A DNA stretch of 38,707 bases from a virus (taxonomy: Duplodnaviria; Caudoviricetes). Position numbers and translations under genes: made by a program. The notes under the pieces are model-generated. The model did not search any database and had not been told where the DNA came from. It saw only the letters and a list, made by a program, of their open reading frames with translations. Positions 25,181 through 33,646 of this stretch are shown here, piece after piece (position 1 is the stretch's first letter; every line of letters starts with the position of its first letter). The stretch spans positions 1-38,707 of the IMG/VR virus record IMGVR_UViG_3300037484_000646, one strand, 5' to 3'.

Positions 25181-27274
25181 ATGGCAAAGCTACTGCCGCA
25201 GGGCAAGCAGGCGTACACCGACAGCGCCGGGGACCCCCTGTCGGGCGGCCTGCTTTACACTTACGCCGCGGGCACCAGCACGCCACTGGCGACCTACTCC
25301 GACCAGGCCGGCACCACCCCCAACGCCAACCCTGTGGTGCTTGACGCCCGCGGCGAAGCCACGGTGTTTTGGTCGGAGTCCAGCTACAAGGTGGTGCTGC
25401 ACGACGAAGCCGACGCACCGATCTGGACGCAGGACAACATAGGCCCCGAGGCAATTACCGCCACCGGCGCCGATACGGCGCGCACGCAGGCCGACTGGCA
25501 AGGCGCGGTAAAGGGCTGGCGCTCCCCCGCCGAGTGGGGCAATCACGCCGCGCTGACCGGCGCTCACCTGGCGAGCGCGGCAGCGCAGGCGGCGACGGAT
25601 GGGGTCGGCCTCCTCATCGCGCATCCGGTCACCATCAGCACCGCGATCGACCTCGGCACGGTCCCGGTCCGCGTGGAGGGCAGGGGGAAGTTCGTACGCG
25701 GCGGCAGCGCTACACTCACCGGTACCGGGCCGCTCACCGCGCCGATTGGGCAGATTTTCGAGGGGTGGAGCGCTGGGCTCACTTTTGGTTGGAAGGTCGA
25801 CGCCGTGCACCCGCGGTGGTGGGGGGCCCTGGCGGATGGGGTGCAGGATGATAGGGCGGCGATCCAGGCGGCCTTCGACGCTGCGCCGGCCGAGGGGGTG
25901 GTCAAGCTGGCGGTGGGCCACAAGATCGCCGGCACCGTATACATCCGTAAGCCAGTCACGGTCGTGGGCGTTTCGCGCGGCAACCCCAGCTATGTCACGA
26001 GGGCCGCTAGCGTTGGGGACACGGACTACACTGCCCGCCAGGTAACCGCGAGTACGGCCGCGTTCACCATCGTCCCGGGCGGGGCGGCGTTCCAGTACTA
26101 CAGCGCCCAGACCGCCGCGTCCGGCGTCACGTTCCGTGATATGAAGATCCTCGGCCCGGGAAACGAGGAGTCTACATCGAGCGGGCTGACCGGCACGGGG
26201 ATTGACTTCGATATTTCTGGCGGCCCCGACGTCCACTTTCGGGGAATCAACGTGGAGAGCTGCACGATCGCTTTCTTCGATCGCGCAGTCGCGCTAACTG
26301 GCATCGCCTACCTGAACGTCTTCACGAATACGTGGATCCACGACACGAACGTCGGCCTCTACGGTGCGCCTAGCGGTGCCTCGGACAACGGTGGGCAGAC
26401 AAGGCTTTTCGGTACGACGATCCTCTTTTCACGCCAATGGGCTATTGACTGGCAGCACGTCGGCGGGTCGCTCTCCATCTTCGGGAGCACTGTGTCTGAG
26501 GGTAATGGTGGGATTCGCATCCACGAAGAGAGCCCGTTCGCCATTTACGGCAGCGAGATCGAGAGCAATCGGTCCGACTACTACACCCCCACGAACGCTG
26601 ACGCGGCGGGGATCTTCATCGACACGAGCGAGGCGAACCCCAACTCCGGGGCATTCAGGGACATCCGCGGCAACAAATTCCTATCGAACACGCGCGACCT
26701 GTATTTCAAGAAGACGACCGCCGGATTTGCGAGCGGGGTGCAGTTCCCGGCCGACATCGCCGCCAATTACTTTGGGTCCGCGACAGCGCTACTCGCTGAC
26801 GCGGCCTTCGACCAACCGGGCTTCGTCTTCTCCGGCACAAACGCCGGCCTCGACAACGGGAAGGTAGCAGACAGCCAGCTCGTGAATTTTGCCGGCGCCG
26901 ATCTGCGGAAGACGAACTGGGCGCAGACCACGCGGCGCGCGAGCGGCGAGACGTTCATCTACAGCGGCACCGGTGGTGCCGACGTCTCGCTGGGATCCGT
27001 GGACGTGCCCAACGGCGCGGTGCTGCACTTCTACGATTTGCAGCGCTACTCGATCAACGCGACGACTGGAGCGCGGGACGTGGGAAACATCTTTGCTCGG
27101 GACGACGCGGCAGCGTTGGAGCGGATCTCAGGGTACGGGAATGGGTGGGTGGCGGATCACGCACCATGGACGAACACCACCGGCACCACGCGGACGATAC
27201 GCATCGCCGCCAACGACGCCGCCACTGGCAATCCCTACTACGTACGCGTCACCGTGTCTGTCGTAACCCCGTGA
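25181..27274 (+). CDS. Tailspike / receptor-binding protein with a right-handed beta-helix (pectate-lyase-like) domain
   Basis: N-terminal virion-attachment domain (GDPLSGGLLYTYAAGT...NANPVVLDARG); WWGALADGVQDDRAAIQAA cap followed by Asn/Gly-rich beta-helix rungs. Confidence 0.88.
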   Translation: MAKLLPQGKQAYTDSAGDPLSGGLLYTYAAGTSTPLATYSDQAGTTPNANPVVLDARGEATVFWSESSYKVVLHDEADAPIWTQDNIGPEAITATGADTARTQADWQGAVKGWRSPAEWGNHAALTGAHLASAAAQAATDGVGLLIAHPVTISTAIDLGTVPVRVEGRGKFVRGGSATLTGTGPLTAPIGQIFEGWSAGLTFGWKVDAVHPRWWGALADGVQDDRAAIQAAFDAAPAEGVVKLAVGHKIAGTVYIRKPVTVVGVSRGNPSYVTRAASVGDTDYTARQVTASTAAFTIVPGGAAFQYYSAQTAASGVTFRDMKILGPGNEESTSSGLTGTGIDFDISGGPDVHFRGINVESCTIAFFDRAVALTGIAYLNVFTNTWIHDTNVGLYGAPSGASDNGGQTRLFGTTILFSRQWAIDWQHVGGSLSIFGSTVSEGNGGIRIHEESPFAIYGSEIESNRSDYYTPTNADAAGIFIDTSEANPNSGAFRDIRGNKFLSNTRDLYFKKTTAGFASGVQFPADIAANYFGSATALLADAAFDQPGFVFSGTNAGLDNGKVADSQLVNFAGADLRKTNWAQTTRRASGETFIYSGTGGADVSLGSVDVPNGAVLHFYDLQRYSINATTGARDVGNIFARDDAAALERISGYGNGWVADHAPWTNTTGTTRTIRIAANDAATGNPYYVRVTVSVVTP

Positions 27275-27357
27275 CGCTGGCGATGGCGGAACTAGCCTGA
27301 CGGCCGGGCCGGTCCCTACAATCACCCGGCCAGCGTCCCGGAGCCACGCCGAGGGGG

Positions 27358-27627
27358 CTACTCCTCCTCGCTGCGGAGGCACACGCCGCGAGCGGAGACG
27401 GTGAGCTGCGGGCTCGGAGCCCCGCCGTAGCTCTCGATGTAGGCGGCGGCAGCGGCGGTGCAGGGGACGAGTGCGAATCCGCTAGGCAGCTCGCCGAAGA
27501 TCGCGGGCCACGGCCAGCAGGCTGCCTCCTCCACCGCCTCGTCGCGAGCGCGGTCGGCGGTTTCGCCGACACCGTACACGGTACGGGTATCGATCTGGAT
27601 CGCTGCGTAGTGGGTCGTGGTCGTCAT
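27358..27627 (-). CDS. Hypothetical protein of the leftward accessory cassette
   Basis: GGAGAG RBS; converges on the tailspike stop. Confidence 0.7.
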   Translation of the reverse strand: MTTTTHYAAIQIDTRTVYGVGETADRARDEAVEEAACWPWPAIFGELPSGFALVPCTAAAAAYIESYGGAPSPQLTVSARGVCLRSEEE

Positions 27628-27680
27628 GGTCGTCTCTCCGTGGGGGTGGGGCGCCCCGTGATGGCGGCGCCCGGGGCTCG

Positions 27681-27992
27681 CTACGCGCCGATCTCTTCGT
27701 CCATGCTCGCCGGATCGATCTTGCGCAGTCGGAGGTGGCCACCCGCGTTCCGGTACAGCTCCACCGCGCCCTGGGCGTACTCGGCGACGTCGTTGGTGGT
27801 GCCGAGCCAGCCGCTCACCTTGGGCTCGTGGCTCATGTTCGTGCAGCCCGGGCGCCGCGCCAGGCAGTAGCGGTCGGCACCGCCGCGGACCATCGTCGGC
27901 GAGCTGAGGATCAGGTAGTAGCGCCCCGGCTCGAGATCGCTGCCGGTCTCTTCGTCGGTCAGGTCAACCTCGATGCCCTTGTACGTCATCAT
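27681..27992 (-). CDS. Hypothetical protein of the leftward accessory cassette (103 aa)
   Basis: AAGGGGA RBS before MMTYKGIEVD; downstream of a canonical promoter. Confidence 0.7.
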   Translation of the reverse strand: MMTYKGIEVDLTDEETGSDLEPGRYYLILSSPTMVRGGADRYCLARRPGCTNMSHEPKVSGWLGTTNDVAEYAQGAVELYRNAGGHLRLRKIDPASMDEEIGA

Positions 27993-28061
27993 GGTGTGTC
28001 CCCTTGTGGTCCGGTTTCCCGGCGGGTCCTGCTCGGCTCCATGCCGTCCGTCGATGGTGAG

Positions 28062-28090
28062 ACAGTACGACACCAGTGGGCGTCCGTCAA
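28062..28090 (-). promoter_or_regulatory. Sigma70-type promoter
   Basis: TTGACG-17 bp-TACTGT on the minus strand; GTGTCGT overlaps the -10. Confidence 0.7.
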
Positions 28091-28093
28091 CAT

Positions 28094-28351
28094 CTATCCG
28101 GTACCATGTTTCCGGGACACGGACCACGCCTCCAGCACCTGCCGGGCCCGCGCGGCGGGGGCGGCCCCGAGCGCTCGCATCGTGTCGGAGCTCACACGGA
28201 GCCGCAGGGAGAGGCGCGCCGGGCCTCGCTCGGCCGAGGGCGGGCCGAGAGGCGCGAGGGGCTGCCCCCGCAACACCTGACGGTAGTGCGACATGCAGAG
28301 CCCCTTGGCGCGCGCGTCGCGGTCGCAGCCGGGTCCAGAGCAGATGGCCAT
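28094..28351 (-). CDS. Zn-finger plus ribbon-helix-helix-like regulator
   Basis: CSGPGC...LCMSHY then RLSLRLRVSSDTMRAL...ARARQVLEAW; apparently leaderless from the adjacent promoter. Confidence 0.65.
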   Translation of the reverse strand: MAICSGPGCDRDARAKGLCMSHYRQVLRGQPLAPLGPPSAERGPARLSLRLRVSSDTMRALGAAPAARARQVLEAWSVSRKHGTG

Positions 28352-28357
28352 CGCTGG

Positions 28358-28386
28358 AGTATACGACACGAGGGGCGCGCTGTCGG
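28358..28386 (-). promoter_or_regulatory. Sigma70-type promoter
   Basis: CCGACA-17 bp-TATACT on the minus strand, 6 nt from ATG 28351; GTGTCGT overlaps the -10. Confidence 0.6.
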
Positions 28387-28425
28387 CCTGCGTTCACCGG
28401 CGCGCGTGGGCGGAGAGGAGGACGG

Positions 28426-28638
28426 CTGCGCTATACCTGCGCTACCGGAGCCGCGCCGGTCGCCTCCGGTCGCCCGAACGCGGCAGCGGGCGCGCGTAAG
28501 TGGTTGTTTCGTCGTCGCCTGTCGCGGCCCGTCGCCCCTCCGACAGCCCTCGGCTTACAGGGCGGCTACGGCATTTCATCCCTGTTTCCGGGTAGTTGAC
28601 TTGGCGGGCTCGGTCGAACATGCGCTATCCTGCGCTAT
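28426..28638. other. Putative attP (arm repeats, IHF-like site, core)
   Basis: TGCGCTA pairs at 28427/28438 and 28621/28631; AAACAAccacTTA (minus strand, 28497-28509); core GCCCT-CGGCTTAC-AGGGC at 28546-28563, next to the integrase stop. Confidence 0.75.
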
Positions 28639-29748
28639 GGTCGCGACCGGGGCATCACCGCCCGTCAGATCCACGGCCAGGGCGGAGTGGACGCCAGGCG
28701 CCCAGAAGTCGGGCGCGAGGTGGGCGTACCGCTCCGTCACCGCGATCGAGGAGTGCCCCAGGAGCTTCTGGAGCTCGCGCAGGGGGCGCCCCGACATGGC
28801 CCAGTGAGACGCGAAGGTGTGACGGGTCGCCTCGTACCAGCCGAGCTCCTCGCGAGCGAGACCGAGGCCCTCCAGGGCGGCTTGGAGGAGCGGCCCCGGG
28901 GTGCCCTTGTCGATCTTGCTCCCGTCCTTCCGGAGCGGCGGGACCACTCGCCCCGGCCCGGGGTGGCGCAGCCTCCACGCTTGGAGCACAGGCAGGAGGG
29001 GATCGAGGATCGGGACGGCGCGCGGCTCGCGGTCCTTCACGGGCCCCTTGACCGACTCGCGCACCAGAATGCGCCGAGAGAGGAGGTCCACGGAGATCCA
29101 GCGCAGGGCAAACACCTCGCCGGTCCGGAGCCCCGCCAGCGCGCCGATCGCGTAGGCGATCGACAGCGGCTCCTCAAGGGCGAGGTAGACGCGGCGCACG
29201 TCCGAGAGCTGCTCGATGAACGGCGTGGTCTCTGGGTCGTGGTCCGAGCGCATGAGCCGCAGCAGGCTCTTGGGCAGGTGACGGGCGGGGTTGCGGGCCG
29301 CCATGCCGCGCTCCAGCAGATCCTCGTAGAGCGACGAAAGCACGGCGACGACCACGCGGATCGTCGCTGGCGCGAGCTCGCCCCGCTTCGCCTCCACGAG
29401 CGCGCGGATGATGGCGGTGTCCACCTCGTCAGGCCGGAGGTGCCCGAGCGCTGGGGCTAGGTGCTTGTGCCAGCGGTAGCCGTCCTCGGCGCCAGCGGCG
29501 TGGGTGAGCTTCCGGCGCTCGAGCCAGGGGCCGGCGAGATCGGCGAGTTGAGGCGTGAGGCGCGGATCCGCCGCAACGCCCAGGCGGCGGTGGATCTTCT
29601 CGGCGCGGATGAGCGCGGCGCGGGCCTCGGCCTCGCCCTTGGTCCGGAACCCGGACTCATAGATCGCGGTGAGGCCTCGCCCGATGCGCAGGGCGTAGCC
29701 GTTCCCCTCCCGGATGATGGTCCCGGACCCCTTCGGTCGTCGGCGCAT
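28576..29748 (-). CDS. int: Tyrosine integrase
   Basis: RRPKGSGTI arm-binding N-terminus; GLRTGE, YEATRHT, LLGH and TERYAH catalytic motifs. Confidence 0.95.
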   Translation of the reverse strand: MRRRPKGSGTIIREGNGYALRIGRGLTAIYESGFRTKGEAEARAALIRAEKIHRRLGVAADPRLTPQLADLAGPWLERRKLTHAAGAEDGYRWHKHLAPALGHLRPDEVDTAIIRALVEAKRGELAPATIRVVVAVLSSLYEDLLERGMAARNPARHLPKSLLRLMRSDHDPETTPFIEQLSDVRRVYLALEEPLSIAYAIGALAGLRTGEVFALRWISVDLLSRRILVRESVKGPVKDREPRAVPILDPLLPVLQAWRLRHPGPGRVVPPLRKDGSKIDKGTPGPLLQAALEGLGLAREELGWYEATRHTFASHWAMSGRPLRELQKLLGHSSIAVTERYAHLAPDFWAPGVHSALAVDLTGGDAPVATIAQDSACSTEPAKSTTRKQG

Positions 29749-29759
29749 GGCCGCGGAGC

Positions 29760-30023
29760 CTACCGCGGCGGCGAGCGCGGCGGCCACCTGACCATCCGTA
29801 CCCCGCCAGCCTGGACGGGCTCGAGGCGCCCGTCCTTGAGCCAGCGCTGGACCGCGCGAGGCGTGACGCCCAGCCGAGCGGCGGCATCCGGAATCGTGAC
29901 CTGGGGATCGTTCGCGGCCCGCAGCCTGGCGAGCTCCGCGACGAGGGGGGCCACGGCGCGCGCAACGGCCGACTCCACTGCGGCGGCGATGAGACCCTCC
30001 AGGCTGGCGGCCGTCGTGCTCAT
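29760..30023 (-). CDS. xis: Excisionase-like HTH protein
   Basis: VTIPDAAARLGVTPRAVQRWLKDGRL immediately upstream of int. Confidence 0.8.
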   Translation of the reverse strand: MSTTAASLEGLIAAAVESAVARAVAPLVAELARLRAANDPQVTIPDAAARLGVTPRAVQRWLKDGRLEPVQAGGVRMVRWPPRSPPR

Positions 30024-30454
30024 TCGTCCGTCCCGATCCCGCCGATCTCCATCCCGTGCGGCATGGTGACCTCGATGCGCTCCCCGGCCCGCCGTCCCTT
30101 GAGGTGGACGTGTTCGTGGATCAGGCTCTCCGCTGCGAGCGCCAGCATCTTCGCGTAGTAGATCCTGGCCTCGCGCCACTTCGGCCAGAGCGACACCCAC
30201 CCGAAGTGGTTGACGCGCAGCTTCATCTCGAGTGGCCAGTCCAGGAACGGCTTGCGGTCCTTCCAGTCGTGGCAGTCGAGGCAGCACGGAACCGTCTCCT
30301 CTCCGCCGAGCCGCCACGGGATCGGGAAGTGGTCGTGTTCGTGCCGCATTTCGAGCTCCTTGTCGCAGTAGAAGCACACCCGGGCGTGCTCCGCGCACCG
30401 CCGGCGGCTGACTTGGGGTCGCGTCTTCCGCGCGCTCGCCCCCGGGACGCTCAA
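30020..30454 (-). CDS. Small HNH-type nuclease (start uncertain, TTG)
   Basis: CFYC...EHDHFPIP..LGG..TVPCCLDCHDWK. Confidence 0.7.
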   Translation of the reverse strand: MSVPGASARKTRPQVSRRRCAEHARVCFYCDKELEMRHEHDHFPIPWRLGGEETVPCCLDCHDWKDRKPFLDWPLEMKLRVNHFGWVSLWPKWREARIYYAKMLALAAESLIHEHVHLKGRRAGERIEVTMPHGMEIGGIGTDE

Positions 30455-30491
30455 GCTACATGCCTCCACGCTGGGTCTGGGTGGTAGAACA

Positions 30492-30905
30492 TCACGTCTC
30501 CTCCTTCGTCGGGGTGGGCGCGGCCAGGGCGGGTGGAGTGAACCGATCGCACGCCTCCGGGTACGGGTGCCCGCGCGTGTCCTTGCGGCCGGTGTAGATG
30601 TTCGGGGTGTGGTGCACCCACGCTGCGGCGTGGCAGCGCGTGCAAACGGCGACGCTGTGCTCGTAGTCGCACGTCGTCTCCCCCTTGGGAGACGGGGACG
30701 AGGGGGCGGGAACGAACGACTCGCAGTCATTGAGGTGGTGCGGTCCAGGCCTGGGGGGAACGGCCCCGCATCCGTGGGGGCATGTGGCGCGGCGATAATC
30801 GCTGCAGTCGCACTCGGAGCACCCGCCCGCGCCAGCGCGCGGCCCGCGGCGGTGGCGCGCCTGGAGGTGGCCGCACTCACAGCGGTAGACGGTCTTAGCC
30901 TTCAT
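30492..30905 (-). CDS. Cys/His-rich multi-zinc-finger protein
   Basis: CECGH...CSECDC...CPHGC...CTRCH; GGAG RBS. Confidence 0.6.
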   Translation of the reverse strand: MKAKTVYRCECGHLQARHRRGPRAGAGGCSECDCSDYRRATCPHGCGAVPPRPGPHHLNDCESFVPAPSSPSPKGETTCDYEHSVAVCTRCHAAAWVHHTPNIYTGRKDTRGHPYPEACDRFTPPALAAPTPTKEET

Positions 30906-31842
30906 GGTCTTCTCCGGGAGCGGCGGGGGCGGCGCAGGCCCGAATCACGTCCACGATCGCCATCTGCGTCTGCGCGGTAAAGTGCGAGGCCGTCACCTGC
31001 ATCTCAACTGCGCGCGCTGCCGCCTCGATGCCGATGCGGAACCCCTTCTTGACGCGAGCGTCTGGGTCAGTGATCTGCGGCGGAGCGGCGGGGGCGGAGG
31101 AGAGGGCGCGCTCCCCGTCCCTACGGCAAGCGGCGCCGGCCTCGACCTGGCCGAGCAAGTCGAACTTCTCCGCAGCTAACCCCAACGCGCGGCGCAGGGA
31201 TGATGCCTCAGCCTCGGCCTCCGCAACCCGGGCCTGTAGTCCGTAGCCTGCTCGCTCTAGCAGGCTGTCCCGCTCCCGTCTCAGCTCCTCCTCGCGGATC
31301 TCGGCCTGGAGAGCGCGGATCGTCCACGGATCCACGTCCACCCCGCAGGAGGTGCAGCACCCATCCTCGTCCCAGCAAGCCCTTGCGTCGGGGCCGATCC
31401 GGTGATGCTCACACCCGCAGTAGAACTCTCGCGCCTCGCTCGCCGGGCACCCGGGCCCGCACTCGTCCTCGGGGAGGTGGTTGTGGGGCGCCGTGGGGGG
31501 CTCAGAAGCATCAGCCTTGCGCTGCCTCGGATCGACCGGCGCCGGCGCGTCAGCGGGCGTTGCATCGGGCTGGACGGCGAAGCATCGCGCACGCTGCCTG
31601 GCGAGCTTCCTGGAGATGCGCCACCGGGGCGCGAGCAACTTCTGCGCCTTCTGCATCGCCTCGATCTGCCACGGCGTCATCATCATGTTGTCCACAACGA
31701 ACGCCTCGAACATCTCGTCGAGAGCGTCCAGCACGAAGCCCCGCGATCCTTCACCGTCGCATCCCGCGTCGGAACCCTTGGCCGGGAGGTCGCCGCTCGG
31801 CGCCGAGGCTTTCGAAGTCATATCCTTTTCACCCCTTGTCAT
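30895..31842 (-). CDS. Mosaic hypothetical protein (Cys clusters plus coiled coil)
   Basis: Long ORF in the operon; GGAG RBS; CGPGC, CGCEH, CCTSC. Confidence 0.6.
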   Translation of the reverse strand: MTRGEKDMTSKASAPSGDLPAKGSDAGCDGEGSRGFVLDALDEMFEAFVVDNMMMTPWQIEAMQKAQKLLAPRWRISRKLARQRARCFAVQPDATPADAPAPVDPRQRKADASEPPTAPHNHLPEDECGPGCPASEAREFYCGCEHHRIGPDARACWDEDGCCTSCGVDVDPWTIRALQAEIREEELRRERDSLLERAGYGLQARVAEAEAEASSLRRALGLAAEKFDLLGQVEAGAACRRDGERALSSAPAAPPQITDPDARVKKGFRIGIEAAARAVEMQVTASHFTAQTQMAIVDVIRACAAPAAPGEDHEG

Positions 31843-32320
31843 CCTGGGTCTCCTGTCCAAGGGCAGCGCGGGCGGCGGGGAGGGTGGCGCGCAGCAGGGA
31901 TGCCATGCGCGACCATGCCCACGGGCCAGCCACGGCGATCGGATCCCCCAGTTCCGGCGGGTTCAGCTTCGCCTGTTTGTCCGCGTCCGCGGCGAGGCGC
32001 TCCACCAGGGAGAGCGTCGCCGACAGCCTGAACTGGAGCGCCGACACCTCGCATGCGTGCTCGACCTGGACCTCGTGCACGCGCCGCTCTGCGGCTGAGA
32101 GGCGGTCGAGGAGGGCCAGGAGCGCGCCGCGAGCGGCGGCGATGAAGTAGGCGTCCTCTGCCTCGTCTGTCTCGGCGACAAGAAACCCGCGAGCATCGCG
32201 CACGTGCGCCACGTCCTCCACGTAGCGGCTTACCTCGTGCGTCCACGGCCCTGGCGTCGCCTTCTCCGCCAGCCTCCGCAGCTCCTCCAGGTCCACCGGG
32301 GCCGCTCTATCGTCGGTCAT
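31829..32320 (-). CDS. Ead/Ea22-like protein
   Basis: DLEELRRLAEKATPGPW...DAYFIAAAR..LLALLDRL. Confidence 0.75.
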   Translation of the reverse strand: MTDDRAAPVDLEELRRLAEKATPGPWTHEVSRYVEDVAHVRDARGFLVAETDEAEDAYFIAAARGALLALLDRLSAAERRVHEVQVEHACEVSALQFRLSATLSLVERLAADADKQAKLNPPELGDPIAVAGPWAWSRMASLLRATLPAARAALGQETQDDKG

Positions 32321-32535
32321 CGGGTCGCCTTTCGGTGCTCGTCGGCATTCGGACAGGTCGCGAAGTGCGACTTCCAGCGCTCCCCGGGCGGCGTGAGCAT
32401 ATCCACGGGGCGCGCTACGCCGCCCTCGATGGCGAGGTTGCCGTCCGGAGTCGGGGCGGCATCGATCGGCATCGTCTTCCCTTTGGCCGTGGCGACCCAC
32501 ACGATGTGGGCCCCGCAGCTTCGGCACGCGCTCAC
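32317..32535 (-). CDS. Small zinc-binding phage protein
   Basis: CRSCGAHIVW.....GKTMPID...SHFATCP; coupled at both ends. Confidence 0.75.
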   Translation of the reverse strand: MSACRSCGAHIVWVATAKGKTMPIDAAPTPDGNLAIEGGVARPVDMLTPPGERWKSHFATCPNADEHRKATR

Positions 32536-33035
32536 GTCTCTTGCCTCCCCTCCGCCTCGCGGGACTCCGCGCGCCAGCCCTTGAGCGCCGCGGCCTGCCT
32601 CACGCCTTCCGGCACCGGATGCCCGGTCCGCTGCGACCACACTGTTGCCATTTCAAGGCGCATCGAAGGAGCCTCATCCCAGAGATCGTTGCAGGCGGAG
32701 CACGACGCCGCCGTGTTCTTCTCGCTCTGCTGCTGCCGCCGGCGCCCGTTGCCGCTCTCGAGGTGCGCCAGGACGCGCGCGAGCATGCGCAGGCCGTCAG
32801 AGCAGAGTTCACAGAGCGGGAACCCCGCGATGCTGGCGCGCGTAAACACCGCCTGCCGGATCGCGTTGGTGCTCTCCGAGTGCCTGGCTACCTTGACCTT
32901 GCGGCGCTTCCGGTTGCCCTTCCGTGCGCCAGGGGAACCCGTGCGCGCATCGAGCAGCCTTTCCGCTGCGGCGCGCACGTCGGCGGGACCGCGAGTGGAG
33001 GCGAAAGAGGCGACGGCGCGGAGGTCCTTGTTCAT
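32532..33035 (-). CDS. HNH-like/NinG-like zinc-binding protein
   Basis: CELC...LAH...NTAASCSACN; GAGGA RBS. Confidence 0.55.
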   Translation of the reverse strand: MNKDLRAVASFASTRGPADVRAAAERLLDARTGSPGARKGNRKRRKVKVARHSESTNAIRQAVFTRASIAGFPLCELCSDGLRMLARVLAHLESGNGRRRQQQSEKNTAASCSACNDLWDEAPSMRLEMATVWSQRTGHPVPEGVRQAAALKGWRAESREAEGRQET

Positions 33036-33124
33036 CGCATCCTCAGGTGAATCCCCGCCACCCGGCGCACCGCCCTTCCCGAGGGGGAGCGGGCGAGCGA
33101 TGCGGCCGGGCGGCGGGAAGGGGG

Positions 33125-33646
33125 TCAAAACGGAATATCGTCGCCGCCGCCGTCGAACCCACCCGGCGGCTCGTCGGGCGTGGGCGGGCCGTTGCTGGCG
33201 GGCCGGCGCTGCTGCTGCCGGGGGGCGCCACTCGAGCGGTCGAGGGCGACGATCCTTCCCTTCATGCGCGCAGCGAAGGCGCGGGCCTGGGTGGCGTCCA
33301 GCGCTTCCTTCATCGCGAGACCGCCGCCCGAGTTGATGAACGCGATCCGCGCGCTCACCTTGCCGTTATACTCCTCGTGCTTGACGACCAACTCCACCTC
33401 TTGGTCGAAGCCCTGCGGCAGTACGTCGCCCTGGAACTCGGCCAGGTCGGAGCCCGCCCAACCGCACGAGCGGAGCGACTCGATCGTGCGATCGAACGTC
33501 CCGTCCGTGAAGTAGCCGTACCACGTGAGCCGCTCACCGGGCGGGTCCACCAGCTGGAACTGCACGCCGAGCTGCTCCTTGCCAGTGCCGGTCCTGCCGA
33601 GCGCGGCGCGAAGTGGTCGGCCCCTGTACGTGCCCTCCGCCAGCAT
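33125..33646 (-). CDS. ssb: Phage single-stranded DNA-binding protein (DUF669-like)
   Basis: EGTYRG...VELVVKHEEYNGK and acidic GGDDIPF tail; directly downstream of the Sak4-like ATPase. Confidence 0.8.
   Translation of the reverse strand: MLAEGTYRGRPLRAALGRTGTGKEQLGVQFQLVDPPGERLTWYGYFTDGTFDRTIESLRSCGWAGSDLAEFQGDVLPQGFDQEVELVVKHEEYNGKVSARIAFINSGGGLAMKEALDATQARAFAARMKGRIVALDRSSGAPRQQQRRPASNGPPTPDEPPGGFDGGGDDIPF

Noticed and set aside
25181-27274. Diversity-generating retroelement or invertible tail cassette
   Set aside because: No reverse transcriptase or invertase gene and no template/variable repeat pair seen.
28500-28620. tRNA or tmRNA fragment as the att core
   Set aside because: No T-arm GTTCGA(A/G)TC or CCA-end pattern in the core region; the sequence fits the rnpB 3' end better.
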